From an uncultured Muribaculaceae bacterium (GTDB lineage: Bacteria; Bacteroidota; Bacteroidia; Bacteroidales; Muribaculaceae): DNA of 64,000 nt. Made by a program: the position numbers and the translations under genes. Location of the stretch: assembly GCA_910586595.1 (NCBI GenBank), contig CAJUJB010000010.1:9534-73533 (forward strand), given 5' to 3'. The notes beneath the pieces were generated by a model that worked only from the letters and a program-made list of their open reading frames with translations, did not search any database and had not been told where the DNA came from. Below, piece after piece: positions 16,073 through 25,989 of the stretch. Position 1 is the stretch's first letter. Every line of letters starts with the position of its first letter.

Positions 16073-18757
16073 CTAACGGATTATGATTTTTTCTGCGTCA
16101 GGCCCCACACGCTTTATATAGAAGCCGGGTGTAAGCCGGTCAGGCTGCACTTGCCGTCCTTGCAGGGTGTGGTAAGTGGCTGTCTGTTCGATGTAGGTTT
16201 CCATGGGCAATGAGGAGAATTGCTCTATGTTTGCATCGGGCCCGAAAAGCGACCGATAGGCATTTGCAGAGCCTTCCGGCACCCGGATTCTGACAGATGA
16301 GGGCATTCTCACCGCGCCTCCTTCGTCACTCGGAACGGGTGGTACAGAACCCCGGAATTCTATCAGGTCGGTTTTGATGTCGAGGAATGCCTGAGGATGT
16401 ATCTCAGCCAGGGATGCCGGCAATGACAAGAATGGCAGTTCGGTGCTGTTGAATGCCCGGTCGCCTAACTTTATCACTCCTTCGGGCACGTAGAGCGACG
16501 AGGATGAAGTTGCGTACGCCATCCATCTTTCCGATATTTCGCCTTCGGGGGCATCGCTGATGGATTCGGTGTCTATGCGCCATTGTAAATCGAAGTCGAG
16601 GTCGTAGAAGGTCATTATATCCTCGAAATTGGTGCATGAAGGCGGTAGGGTGACTTGCTTTATTCCCACAGGCATGCGGCCGCCAAGAGACTCTACCCCG
16701 TCGGGAACGTTGAATACCTCGATACCGGTGCCGTAGAGGCTTATGGGTATGCGCTTCACTCCTTCGGCGAAACTGATTGTCTTGAGGTCCGGGCAACTTT
16801 GGCGATCGGAGATGAAGCCGCTCTGGAAAGGCTGAGTGGCCGGATGCCCGTCCATAAACCCTGCGTGGAACGCGATAGATTTTATCTTGGTTCCCGCCAG
16901 AGCCCCGTTGCCGAGCCAGACGAGATTCTCGCCGACGGGGAAATCGGTCACGCCCTGGCACCCCTTGAACGCGTCGGTTCCTACACTTTCGAGCTGGTTG
17001 AGAGATGAGAAACCGAAGCGCCCGGTGTTGCCGTCAAACGCATAATCGCCGATGATGCGTATTTTGGAGGGGAATTTTTCTATGCCGAGCACACCATTGC
17101 GGGCGAATGCCGATTCTCCGATCTCGATGGTGTTGTCGGGTAATTGGCATTCTTCAAGGGCGGTGGATATTACAAATGCCTTAGCCGAGACAGTAAGTGG
17201 CAGATCTGGGTCTCGTTCTTCAAAAGTGACTCTGCGCAGTTTGGCTGCCATTATCTCAGGTATCCGCCTTACTTTGGGGCCTACAGCCATTCGGGTTGCC
17301 GATTCGAATGTGAGCGACCCTTTGAGGTTGATGGAGTTGAGAAATACTGATGAAATGCCTGAGCAATGCAGGAAGGCCTCGCCGCCCACGGCTTCGAGGT
17401 TTTCCGGGAAAGTGAATTCTGTAAGGCTTGTGCAATATGTGAAGGCCTCCGAACCGATATCGCGGAGGCTCTCCGGTATATAGTCCAGCCAAAGTGAGCT
17501 GCAATTGGCGAAGGCTCTTGACCCGATAGTCTCTAAGCCCTCACTCCAGGTCACGGATGAGAGGGCCGAGCAGCTCTCGAAGGCACTCGCGCCGATGGTG
17601 CTCACACTCGATGGAATAGTGACATCTGTCAGCGTGCGCTTGCTCCGGAAGATTTCTCCCGCTAATGCGAGTGTGCCGTCTTTGATAATGACGTCCTTGT
17701 AATCACCGGTAGAGGAGTAGGCTGTTTTACCGAGATAAACCACTCCATAACTGTCGGCATGGCTGTTGTTTTTCAACCATGGGGTGCCTTCGAATGAGCG
17801 TTGACCGATATAAGCGACTGTCTCTGGCAGATTGACTGCGCTTAACTGCGAGCAGCCTGAGAAGGCAAATTCACCTACTGAGACGAGGCCCGGGGCGAAC
17901 TTTACTTCTGTAATTGCAGTATTCTGAGCCACGTAGGCAGGAATGGCCGTGAGCTTGCTCATATCGACGACACCACTTAGCTTGCTGTTGTCGAACGCAT
18001 ATTCGCCAAGGTACTCGATGGCGGAGAGGTCGATAGAGTTTATGCCGCATCTCCGGAAGGCCCCTTCGTCGATATGCCGTGGCGCAGCGGACAGACCGAC
18101 AGTCGCAGGACAAGAGTAAAATGCCTGGATGCCGATGGAGTCGACTGAGGCAGGAATGACAAGCGTCTTCATTGATGTGGCTCCCCCGAAGGCGCCACCT
18201 CCGACAAACCGCGGGCCTTCCGGCACGATGACTTCTTCGATTGTGGTATTGTTGGAGAATATATTCTCGCCGATGGATGGCAGCTGTGGTAAGACAACTT
18301 TATGATAGGCCCCCGTCTTGCAGAATGCTCCGGCATAATCGGCGCTGTAGTGATTGATGTTGAGTACCGCGGCCCCGAGAGAGTTTTCTCCCACGGTTTC
18401 TTCGATGTGAGGAGTATCGGAAATATAGTAATTGTAATAAATGTAAGTATTGGACGCATTCGTGCCGCCGTAAAGTGTGGCATAGCATTCTTCTCCGGCA
18501 ACCAATGTAGTGGCTGAAAGGTCAAGAGTCTGCACGGAAGCCAGCTGGCCGGTTGCCTCGCGGAGTAAAATCAGGTCATCGGCATTGAGAGGCCCGGCGA
18601 TTTTGAGAGATGTGATGCGCGATTGATCCACGCGGTCGAGTTCCCGGGCAAGCGTTCCAGCTTCAGTCAGAGTAAGCGATATGTCGCCATTTCCAGCCGC
18701 GGCAATCAACGGAAGGCTGGCAGAGAGAATGACGGTTAGTAATTTACTTGTGTTCAT
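16073..18757 (-). CDS. BspA-type leucine-rich repeat surface protein with T9SS C-terminal domain
   Basis: 894 aa with signal peptide. Repeats of the type IPSSVSTIGASAFESCSALSSV occur many times (LRR_5-like). Tail: YHTLQGRQVQPDRLTPGFYIKRVGPDAEKIIIR. Confidence 0.75.
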   Translation of the reverse strand: MNTSKLLTVILSASLPLIAAAGNGDISLTLTEAGTLARELDRVDQSRITSLKIAGPLNADDLILLREATGQLASVQTLDLSATTLVAGEECYATLYGGTNASNTYIYYNYYISDTPHIEETVGENSLGAAVLNINHYSADYAGAFCKTGAYHKVVLPQLPSIGENIFSNNTTIEEVIVPEGPRFVGGGAFGGATSMKTLVIPASVDSIGIQAFYSCPATVGLSAAPRHIDEGAFRRCGINSIDLSAIEYLGEYAFDNSKLSGVVDMSKLTAIPAYVAQNTAITEVKFAPGLVSVGEFAFSGCSQLSAVNLPETVAYIGQRSFEGTPWLKNNSHADSYGVVYLGKTAYSSTGDYKDVIIKDGTLALAGEIFRSKRTLTDVTIPSSVSTIGASAFESCSALSSVTWSEGLETIGSRAFANCSSLWLDYIPESLRDIGSEAFTYCTSLTEFTFPENLEAVGGEAFLHCSGISSVFLNSINLKGSLTFESATRMAVGPKVRRIPEIMAAKLRRVTFEERDPDLPLTVSAKAFVISTALEECQLPDNTIEIGESAFARNGVLGIEKFPSKIRIIGDYAFDGNTGRFGFSSLNQLESVGTDAFKGCQGVTDFPVGENLVWLGNGALAGTKIKSIAFHAGFMDGHPATQPFQSGFISDRQSCPDLKTISFAEGVKRIPISLYGTGIEVFNVPDGVESLGGRMPVGIKQVTLPPSCTNFEDIMTFYDLDFDLQWRIDTESISDAPEGEISERWMAYATSSSSLYVPEGVIKLGDRAFNSTELPFLSLPASLAEIHPQAFLDIKTDLIEFRGSVPPVPSDEGGAVRMPSSVRIRVPEGSANAYRSLFGPDANIEQFSSLPMETYIEQTATYHTLQGRQVQPDRLTPGFYIKRVGPDAEKIIIR

Positions 18758-18782
18758 GGTGCTCGGATAAAGGTGATGTCGA

Positions 18783-18790
18783 CAAAGATA
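18783..18790 (-). promoter_or_regulatory. -7 box TATCTTTG upstream of the LRR gene
   Basis: TAnnTTTG match on the minus strand, 26 nt upstream of the ATG at 18757. Confidence 0.4.
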
Positions 18791-18914
18791 AGGTAAATGC
18801 GTGGAATGGACAACTGGTTAACGATTGTTAACTTGCAAGTCGAAGGCTTCGATGGTCAATCACCTCCAAAAACGATTGGGATGAAAAGAATTTGCTCAAT
18901 TTCACAATTTTTTG

Positions 18915-18922
18915 TACCTTTG
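18915..18922 (+). promoter_or_regulatory. -7 box TACCTTTG upstream of the CapD-like gene
   Basis: TAnnTTTG match 52 nt upstream of the ATG at 18974. Confidence 0.4.
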
Positions 18923-18973
18923 CCGTCGCTTTTCAATTCATTATAATTTAAGTCCCATACCCGTTCAACGTAT

Positions 18974-21010
18974 ATGAAAAAGAAATTGCTTAAGGCGTTG
19001 GCAAACTCGTCTCTTGTCCGCAACTTTGTGGCCAAGCCTTCGCCTAAGTGGATGGTGCTGTTGGCTGATCTGATACTTATCACGTTCAGTTGCGCGCTTA
19101 CGCTCACGTTTGGAGCACATACCAATCATGGAGAGGGTTTCCTGTTTACTCCGTTTGCAAAGGCTTGCTTTGAATTTATTACCTATGCTGTGCTTGCGCT
19201 TGTGCTTGGCACGAGCCGTTACATTATCCGCCTTTCGGTGATCGAAGATACCTATCGTCTGGTTCTTCTTATCCTGTCGGCGTCGGCTGTCCTGAGCCTT
19301 GTTTCCCTGTGCACATATTTTATCGGAGGCTTCTTCTATTTCAGCTTCTGGAATATATTTGTTGTGGGCGTGATGTCGTTCTCGCTCATGCTGCTGATGC
19401 GTCTGTCGATCAAGTATCTTTATTTGCTGCTGTCAGGCATCTCGCAGACCAAGACCCGTGTCATCGTGCTCGGATCTGCCATCAACTCTTTCTTCCTCGC
19501 TTCAGCGCTTAAGAGTGAGTTTGAAGGCCGCTTTGACCCGGTAGCCTTGCTCAGTCTGTCACCCCGCAATATCGACAGCACGGTCAATGGTATTCCGGTC
19601 GTGCCCTTCGATGCCGACACTGTACCTGAGATATTCGAGTACTATAAATGCGATACTCTCCTTTTCCTCTCGACCCAGCTCGAACTGATGCGCAGCGGCA
19701 CAGCCGACGTATTCCTGCGCAACCATATCAAGCTCCTCATGCTTAATCAGGTCGAGGAGTTCGATGTGAACAGCAAGTCGATGCCTGCGCTGTCGACACA
19801 CGTACACAATATCCGTATCGAAGACCTGCTTGGCCGCGAACCTATCCGCACCGAGAACCCCACTATCCGTAGCGTCATCCGCGGTCAGACCGTGATGATT
19901 ACCGGCGCCGCCGGTTCGATCGGTAGTGAGATTGTACGTCAGGTAGCCGCCCTGGATGCGAGCGACATCGTCCTCCTCGATCAGGCTGAGACCCCTATGC
20001 ATGAGATGCAGCTCGAGCTCGAGGCTACCTTCCCCGATATGAAGATTCATCTGTTTATCGGCGACGTGGCCAACCGTGAGCGTATGGAGCATGCGTTCCA
20101 GAAATACCGTCCTCGCTACGTATTCCACGCGGCCGCTTACAAGCATGTGCCGATGATGGAGCGCAATCCGGCCGAAGCCGTCATGACCAATGTGTTCGGC
20201 ACAAAGAATATGGCCGATCTTTCGGTTAAATATGGCGTTGAGAAATTTGTGATGATTTCTACCGACAAGGCCGTGAACCCCACCAACGTGATGGGCGCCT
20301 CTAAGCGAATCGCCGAGATATATGTGCAGAGTCTCTTCTTCCATCAGCGTACTCAGGTTGACCGCGTGTCGACCCGCTTCATCACCACCCGTTTCGGCAA
20401 CGTGCTCGGCTCCAACGGCTCGGTAATACCTCTTTTCCGCAAACAGATCGAGCAAGGTGGCCCTGTGACCATCACTCACCGCAATATTATCCGTTACTTC
20501 ATGACTATCCCCGAGGCATGTTCGCTGGTGCTTGAGGCAGGATGTATGGGCCATGGTGGTGAGATATTCATATTCGATATGGGCCAGCCCGTGAAAATCT
20601 GGGATCTCGCCGTGCGCATGATTTCTCTTTCGGGCTTGCGCGCCGGTGAGGACATCGAGATTATCGAGACAGGCCTCCGCCCCGGTGAGAAACTCTACGA
20701 AGAGTTGCTCAACGAGAAAGAACGCACGATTGCCACCCACCACAAGAAGATTATGATCGCACGCGTGCGTACATATGACTATAAAGACGTACAGGAGCAT
20801 GTGGCTCGCCTTGAGGCTGCCGTACATGCAGGTGCCGGCCACGACATCGTTGCGGAGATGAAGCATATGGTGCCCGAGTTCAAGTCGAATAATTCGATCT
20901 GGCAGCAGGTCGATACCGAGATCAAGGATGCTCACAACGACTCTGACGATATGCACGAAATCGAAGTAAACCCCGAAGCGTTCGCTTCGGCGTCTAATAT
21001 CCGCAATTAA
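18974..21010 (+). CDS. membrane-anchored polysaccharide biosynthesis protein, CapD/WbpM/PglF-like NDP-sugar 4,6-dehydratase
   Basis: 678 aa. N-terminal TM helices are followed by the Rossmann motif VMITGAAGSIGSE and the SDR catalytic region AAAYKHVP. Confidence 0.8.
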   Translation: MKKKLLKALANSSLVRNFVAKPSPKWMVLLADLILITFSCALTLTFGAHTNHGEGFLFTPFAKACFEFITYAVLALVLGTSRYIIRLSVIEDTYRLVLLILSASAVLSLVSLCTYFIGGFFYFSFWNIFVVGVMSFSLMLLMRLSIKYLYLLLSGISQTKTRVIVLGSAINSFFLASALKSEFEGRFDPVALLSLSPRNIDSTVNGIPVVPFDADTVPEIFEYYKCDTLLFLSTQLELMRSGTADVFLRNHIKLLMLNQVEEFDVNSKSMPALSTHVHNIRIEDLLGREPIRTENPTIRSVIRGQTVMITGAAGSIGSEIVRQVAALDASDIVLLDQAETPMHEMQLELEATFPDMKIHLFIGDVANRERMEHAFQKYRPRYVFHAAAYKHVPMMERNPAEAVMTNVFGTKNMADLSVKYGVEKFVMISTDKAVNPTNVMGASKRIAEIYVQSLFFHQRTQVDRVSTRFITTRFGNVLGSNGSVIPLFRKQIEQGGPVTITHRNIIRYFMTIPEACSLVLEAGCMGHGGEIFIFDMGQPVKIWDLAVRMISLSGLRAGEDIEIIETGLRPGEKLYEELLNEKERTIATHHKKIMIARVRTYDYKDVQEHVARLEAAVHAGAGHDIVAEMKHMVPEFKSNNSIWQQVDTEIKDAHNDSDDMHEIEVNPEAFASASNIRN

Positions 21011-21013
21011 GAT

Positions 21014-21676
21014 ATGAAGAAATTTATTACAACTGTCTTGCTCGCGCTTGTGGTTAGCGCATCTTCTTACGCATTCGACATCAAGGATCTCTTTGGTGGA
21101 AAAGAGACTACTGAGACCGAAAGCACATCAGGATCTGATAATGGTTCGTCGGGTATTCTCGGCGCCATCGGCAGCTTTGTCAACAGCGTCACCGCCAACA
21201 GCAATTTCTCTGTCGACGACCTCGTAGGCACCTGGAACTATACCTCGCCTGCAGTGACCTTCGACAGCGAGAACGCCCTCAAGAATGTAGGCGGAGCCGC
21301 AGCTGCCACGGCAGTTGAGTCGAAGCTCGAGCCGTACTATACACGCCTTGGTTTTGACAAGACCAGCCTCGTGGTCGATGCTGACCATAATTTCACTCTT
21401 AAGATGGGTCTGCTCACACTCAAGGGCACCATTGAGAAAGATGATGAAGGTATGGTGTTCAGCTTCAGCGCCTTTGGTAAGGTTAGCCTCGGGCAGGTTC
21501 GTGCCAATGCCACCAAGTCGGGCTCTACGCTCAATCTTACCTTCGATGCCACCAAGATGGTGCAGCTTCTCACCAAGGTGTCGAGCGTGCTCAACAGTAC
21601 TGCGCTTAACACCCTCACCACCCTGCTGAATTCATACGACGGTATTTACATGGGCTTCAAGCTGAAAAAAGCCTGA
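21014..21676 (+). CDS. hypothetical secreted protein (tentatively DUF4923 lipocalin-like)
   Basis: 220 aa with signal peptide MKKFITTVLLALVVSASSYA. The family call is from memory only. Confidence 0.45.
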   Translation: MKKFITTVLLALVVSASSYAFDIKDLFGGKETTETESTSGSDNGSSGILGAIGSFVNSVTANSNFSVDDLVGTWNYTSPAVTFDSENALKNVGGAAAATAVESKLEPYYTRLGFDKTSLVVDADHNFTLKMGLLTLKGTIEKDDEGMVFSFSAFGKVSLGQVRANATKSGSTLNLTFDATKMVQLLTKVSSVLNSTALNTLTTLLNSYDGIYMGFKLKKA

Positions 21677-21699
21677 GCCTTACAAGAATAAATAAAATA

Positions 21700-21738
21700 A
21701 GCCGCGCGGTCTTTGACAATGTCAAAGGCCGCGCGGCT
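21700..21738. terminator. strong bidirectional hairpin terminator
   Basis: agccgcgcggtctttgac aat gtcaaaggccgcgcggct, a stem of about 18 bp between convergent gene ends. Confidence 0.75.
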
Positions 21739-21747
21739 CATTATTAT

Positions 21748-22527
21748 TCATTGTTCATTATTCATTATTATGTGTTCTCTGAGCTCAAGTGTGTTGCCGT
21801 CGAATACGGCGTAGGTCGAGAGGTCAATCCAGTTGCCGAGTATGATAAGGCGACATCGGTCGTTGATAGGCTCGTCAAGCGGAACGTGGTGATGTCCGAT
21901 GATGATATAGCGCAGATCATGATCGTCGGACGACAACTTGCGGGCAAAGACCTCTACGGCTGTGCGGGCTTTCGGGGTGAATTCCGGCAGGTTGGTCTTG
22001 CGGCTATGAGAACTCCAGCCATGGGCGAAGGGTAGTGTCCAGCGCGGGTGCAGCCCGGCGTAAAGTTTCTGGCATACCTTGTTGTGAAAAATACTGCGTA
22101 AGATTGTATACGATCTTGGCTGGCGTCCGAAGGTGTCGCCGTGGCCAAGGAAGAAATGTACGCCATCTATTTCCACAGGCACGCCACCGGCGTCGGTGTC
22201 GACTATGCGTATGCCTATCTCGTCGCGCAGGTAGTCGAAGAGCCATATGTCATGGTTGCCTATAAACCATACGATCTCCACGCCGCTGTCGGCAAGGCGC
22301 GCCAGTTCGCCAAAGAACCGTACATGCCCTCTTGGCACCACTGTACGGTATTCAAACCAGTAGTCGAGTATGTCGCCAAGCAGATAAATGGCCTTTGCGT
22401 TGGGGCCGATGGAGCGTAGAAATTTCACCACGCGCATCTCATGTGCGCGGGGATCGGCGATATAGCTCGCCCCGAGATGCACGTCGCTCAGAAAATATGT
22501 GAGCGTACGCTCCGGCTGGGATGTCAT
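21748..22527 (-). CDS. lpxH: UDP-2,3-diacylglucosamine diphosphatase
   Basis: ORF trimmed to MTSQPERTLTYFLSDVHLG. Calcineurin-like motifs are DVHLG, GDILDYW and GNHD. There is an ATGA overlap with the upstream gene. Confidence 0.8.
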   Translation of the reverse strand: MTSQPERTLTYFLSDVHLGASYIADPRAHEMRVVKFLRSIGPNAKAIYLLGDILDYWFEYRTVVPRGHVRFFGELARLADSGVEIVWFIGNHDIWLFDYLRDEIGIRIVDTDAGGVPVEIDGVHFFLGHGDTFGRQPRSYTILRSIFHNKVCQKLYAGLHPRWTLPFAHGWSSHSRKTNLPEFTPKARTAVEVFARKLSSDDHDLRYIIIGHHHVPLDEPINDRCRLIILGNWIDLSTYAVFDGNTLELREHIIMNNEQ

Positions 22528-22844
22528 AGCAGACCCAGCTCGAGTTTGGCTTCCTCGCTCATCATGTCCTGGTTCCATTCCGGCTCGAACACGATGTTGA
22601 CCGTGACTGATTTGACTCCTTCAACACTCTCGAGCTTCATGCGCACGTCTTCAAGAATGAAGTCGGCCATCGGGCAGTTGGGGGCGGTAAGTGTCATGTC
22701 CACGGTCAGGTCGCCGGCATCTGTGAGGTCGATGCGGTAGACAAGACCGAGAGAATATATATCGACGGGTATTTCCGGGTCGTAGACGGTGCGGAGCATC
22801 TCTACAACCTTTTCTTCTATTTTGAGGCGTTCTTCTGCGTTCAT
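22524..22844 (-). CDS. DUF59/MIP18-family Fe-S cluster assembly protein (SufT/PaaD-like)
   Basis: Trimmed to MNAEERLKIEEKVVEMLRTVYDPEIPVDIYSLGLVY. The TAPNCP cysteine motif is present. Confidence 0.75.
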   Translation of the reverse strand: MNAEERLKIEEKVVEMLRTVYDPEIPVDIYSLGLVYRIDLTDAGDLTVDMTLTAPNCPMADFILEDVRMKLESVEGVKSVTVNIVFEPEWNQDMMSEEAKLELGLL

Positions 22845-22902
22845 AATGAGCAAAATTACGAAAAAAATCATGTTTCGTTACCGATTTCTCCACTAAAAAT
22901 TG

Positions 22903-22910
22903 TAATTTTG
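22903..22910 (+). promoter_or_regulatory. -7 box TAATTTTG upstream of the outer-membrane barrel gene
   Basis: TAnnTTTG match 60 nt upstream of the ATG at 22970. Confidence 0.4.
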
Positions 22911-22969
22911 CACCCGCGGTGAGTCCATGAGCCGCCGTAAAACGCTGTACTTCAACAAAACCCACAGAT

Positions 22970-23617
22970 ATGAAAAAACTTCAAGTACTTTTACTCGCAA
23001 TTGCCGCCATTGCCGTCTCGGCCCTTCCGGCAGCCGCGCAGTTCCGATTCGGCCCTCGTGTCGGTGTGGCGGTCAACTCGATGCGTCTTAACAAAGACGT
23101 GTTCAACAACGACAATCGTGCCGGCTTTACCGGTGGTCTGCAGGCAGAGTTTACTATTCCGGTGGTGAATCTCGCGTTTGACCTCTCGGTGATGTATGTT
23201 CATCGCGTAAGCGACAGCAATGCAATCGGCACCGGTGCGAATGCCGACGACAACGCACTTCTGGAAGCCGATAACTTCAAGAAACGTGACTATATCGAGA
23301 TTCCTCTCAATTTCAAATATAAAATCGGCCTGCCGATCGTAGGTAAGATTGTATCGCCCTATATCTTCACCGGCCCCAGCTTCGCCTTCCTTGCCTCAAA
23401 GCGCGACATTACCGCTGCTTACCAGAACAAGGCATTCGACGTGGCATGGAACTTCGGTGTGGGCCTCCAGCTCTTCACTCACCTCCAGGTCGGCGCTTCG
23501 TATGGTCTCGGTATTACCAAGACTGTTGAGAAGCTCAACGTAGCCGGCATCACTTCCGGCACCCCCATCGAGGGCAAAAACAACTATTGGACTATTACAG
23601 CCGCTTGGCTTTTCTAA
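22970..23617 (+). CDS. outer membrane beta-barrel (porin family) protein
   Basis: 215 aa with a signal peptide, an alternating hydrophobic pattern and a C-terminal aromatic ending (AAWLF). Confidence 0.65.
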   Translation: MKKLQVLLLAIAAIAVSALPAAAQFRFGPRVGVAVNSMRLNKDVFNNDNRAGFTGGLQAEFTIPVVNLAFDLSVMYVHRVSDSNAIGTGANADDNALLEADNFKKRDYIEIPLNFKYKIGLPIVGKIVSPYIFTGPSFAFLASKRDITAAYQNKAFDVAWNFGVGLQLFTHLQVGASYGLGITKTVEKLNVAGITSGTPIEGKNNYWTITAAWLF

Positions 23618-23643
23618 TTTAATCCAAAACTCAAGAAATTGCA

Positions 23644-24453
23644 ATGAGACTAATTATTGAACCTGATTACGATCGCCTCTCCCGTTGGGCAGGCAACTAT
23701 GTTGCAGCCCGTATCAACGAAGCCAACCCCACTCCCGAGCACCCCTTCGTACTCGGTTGCCCCACCGGCAGCTCGCCTCTGGGCATGTACCGTCGTCTGA
23801 TCGAGCTTTACAAAGAAGGTAAAGTGTCGTTCAAGAATGTTGTCACTTTCAACATGGACGAGTATGTTGGCCTTCCCGAAGACCACCCCGAGAGCTATCA
23901 CAGCTTCATGTGGAACAACTTCTTCAGCCATATCGACATACCCAAGGAAAACGTAAATATTCTCAATGGCAACGCGGCTGATCTCGCTGCTGAATGTGCC
24001 CGCTTCGAAGACAAGATCAAGCAGTACGGTGGCATCGACCTCTTCATGGGTGGCGTAGGCCCCGACGGTCATATCGCGTTCAACGAACCCGGATCTTCGC
24101 TCACCTCACGCACTCGTGTGAAGACCCTCACTACCGACACAATCATCGCCAACTCCCGTTTCTTCGAGGGTAATGTTGACCTCGTGCCCAAGACAGCCCT
24201 CACCGTAGGTGTAGGCACAGTCATGGCTGCCCGCAGCGTAATGCTTATGGTCAACGGTCACAACAAGGCCCGCGCACTCCGTCACGGTGTTGAGGGAGGT
24301 ATCTCGCAGATGTGGACTATTTCTGCCCTGCAGATGCACCCGAAGGCAATCATCGTCGCCGACGATGCAGCTTGCGCCGAACTTACCGTAGGCACCTACC
24401 GTTACTTCCTCGACATCGAGAAAGATAATCTTGACCCCGATACTCAGCTTTAA
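23644..24453 (+). CDS. nagB: glucosamine-6-phosphate deaminase
   Basis: 269 aa. [10 protein letters not shown]..., [10 protein letters not shown] and [17 protein letters not shown] are present. Confidence 0.9.
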   Translation: MRLIIEPDYDRLSRWAGNYVAARINEANPTPEHPFVLGCPTGSSPLGMYRRLIELYKEGKVSFKNVVTFNMDEYVGLPEDHPESYHSFMWNNFFSHIDIPKENVNILNGNAADLAAECARFEDKIKQYGGIDLFMGGVGPDGHIAFNEPGSSLTSRTRVKTLTTDTIIANSRFFEGNVDLVPKTALTVGVGTVMAARSVMLMVNGHNKARALRHGVEGGISQMWTISALQMHPKAIIVADDAACAELTVGTYRYFLDIEKDNLDPDTQL

Positions 24454-24470
24454 AGATTATAATTGAGAAT

Positions 24471-24522
24471 ATGAGACATAAAAGATGACGGACTCTCTGA
24501 CTCCGCATCTTTTATGTCTCAT
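24471..24522 (+). terminator. long hairpin terminator after nagB
   Basis: atgagacataaaagatg ... catcttttatgtctcat, a 17-bp stem followed by a T6 run. Confidence 0.75.
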
Positions 24523-24552
24523 TTTTTTATCTACACAATTCTATAGCACACG

Positions 24553-25962
24553 ATGGAGCTCATCAACGCCATCAACGATTTTCTCTGGACTTATGTCCTC
24601 ATAGCCGTCCTGCTTGGGGCAGGAATTTATTTCACTGTGCGCACACGCGGCGTGCAGTTTACGTATGTAGGCGAGATGCTGCGCTTGCTCGCCACCTCCG
24701 GTCGGCGCCACGACACACGTCGCGATCAACGGTTGCCGCATTCGCGGTCGATAAGTTCGTTTCAGGCATTCGCGGTGTCACTGGCAAGCCGTGTCGGCAC
24801 TGGCAATATAGCCGGAGTAGCCATAGCCATCGCCATGGGTGGCCCGGGTGCCGTATTCTGGATGTGGGTGGTGGCTATCGTTGGCTCAGCTAACGCCTTT
24901 GTGGAGTCGACGCTGGCACAGTTGTTTAAAGTTCACGGTGAGCATTCCTATCGTGGAGGCCCAGCCTACTATATTCTTAAAGGTATAGGCAGCCGATGGT
25001 ATGCCGTAACCTTCGCAGTGCTGATTACCATCACTTTCGGACTCGCCTTTAATTCAGTCCAGGCAAACACTATTGCCATAGCCATGCGCGGAACATTCGG
25101 AATCGATCCGATCTGGACCGCAGCCGTCTGCACGATATTCACTCTGGTAATCATCTTCGGCGGCATCCAGCGCATTGCGCGCTTCAACGAGTTGCTGGTG
25201 CCTGTAATGGCTATTTTTTACATTGTGCTCGCCCTGTATGTGGTGGTTACGCGCATCACATATTTCCCCCATGTGCTGTCGCTTATATTTGAGAACGCAT
25301 TCGGTCTTGATCAGGCTATGGGCGGTGGCGTAGGTATGGCCATGATAATGGGTGTGAAGCGTGGCCTGTTCAGCAATGAGGCTGGCGAAGGCTCTACGCC
25401 TAATGCTGCCGCTACGGCTGCCGTCACTCATCCGGTGAAGCAGGGCCTTATCCAGACCCTCGGAGTGTATGCCGACACTTTGCTGGTCTGCACAGCCACG
25501 GCATTCATCATTCTTTGCAGCGGTGTGTTCGACAGCGGTCTGACCGGAATTGAACTGACTCAGGCGGCTCTTGAGAATGAGGTGGGAAGTTGCGCTTCGG
25601 TGTTTATCGCTGTGGCCATACTCATGTTTGCCTTCAGCAGCATCATCGCCAACTATTATTATGGCGAGACTAACCTGGCTTTCATCCGCGAGAGCCGGGC
25701 ATTGCGGACATCATTCCGCCTCATTGTGGGTGGAGTCGTATTCCTCGGTTCGCTGGCGGCTCTTGACCTGGTGTGGGCATTGGCCGATATTACCATGGCG
25801 CTGATGACGCTTTGCAACATAATAGCCATACTCATACTCGGACGTTACTCCATCCGTTGTCTGGCCGATTACAAGGCGCAGCGTAAGGCTGGAAAAAATC
25901 CGGAGTATCATTCCTCTACAATCCCGTCGATCGCCCCAAAAACTGAATGTTGGAGCGACTGA
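24553..25962 (+). CDS. alanine/glycine:cation symporter (AGCS) family transporter
   Basis: 469 aa, polytopic. SSFQAFAVSLASRVGTGNIAGVA and GGPGAVFWMW motifs are present. Confidence 0.85.
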   Translation: MELINAINDFLWTYVLIAVLLGAGIYFTVRTRGVQFTYVGEMLRLLATSGRRHDTRRDQRLPHSRSISSFQAFAVSLASRVGTGNIAGVAIAIAMGGPGAVFWMWVVAIVGSANAFVESTLAQLFKVHGEHSYRGGPAYYILKGIGSRWYAVTFAVLITITFGLAFNSVQANTIAIAMRGTFGIDPIWTAAVCTIFTLVIIFGGIQRIARFNELLVPVMAIFYIVLALYVVVTRITYFPHVLSLIFENAFGLDQAMGGGVGMAMIMGVKRGLFSNEAGEGSTPNAAATAAVTHPVKQGLIQTLGVYADTLLVCTATAFIILCSGVFDSGLTGIELTQAALENEVGSCASVFIAVAILMFAFSSIIANYYYGETNLAFIRESRALRTSFRLIVGGVVFLGSLAALDLVWALADITMALMTLCNIIAILILGRYSIRCLADYKAQRKAGKNPEYHSSTIPSIAPKTECWSD

Positions 25963-25989
25963 TATAATTTATTGAAACTTAAAGCCATT

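Noticed and set aside
19559-20956. 465-aa ORF antisense to the CapD-like gene
   Set aside because: The forward-strand gene has clear Rossmann and SDR motifs. The antisense translation is low-complexity with no recognisable domain.
22851-22858. TAATTTTG box only 7 nt upstream of the DUF59 gene ATG
   Set aside because: It would imply a leaderless transcript. That cannot be decided without TSS data, so I did not list it as a promoter.
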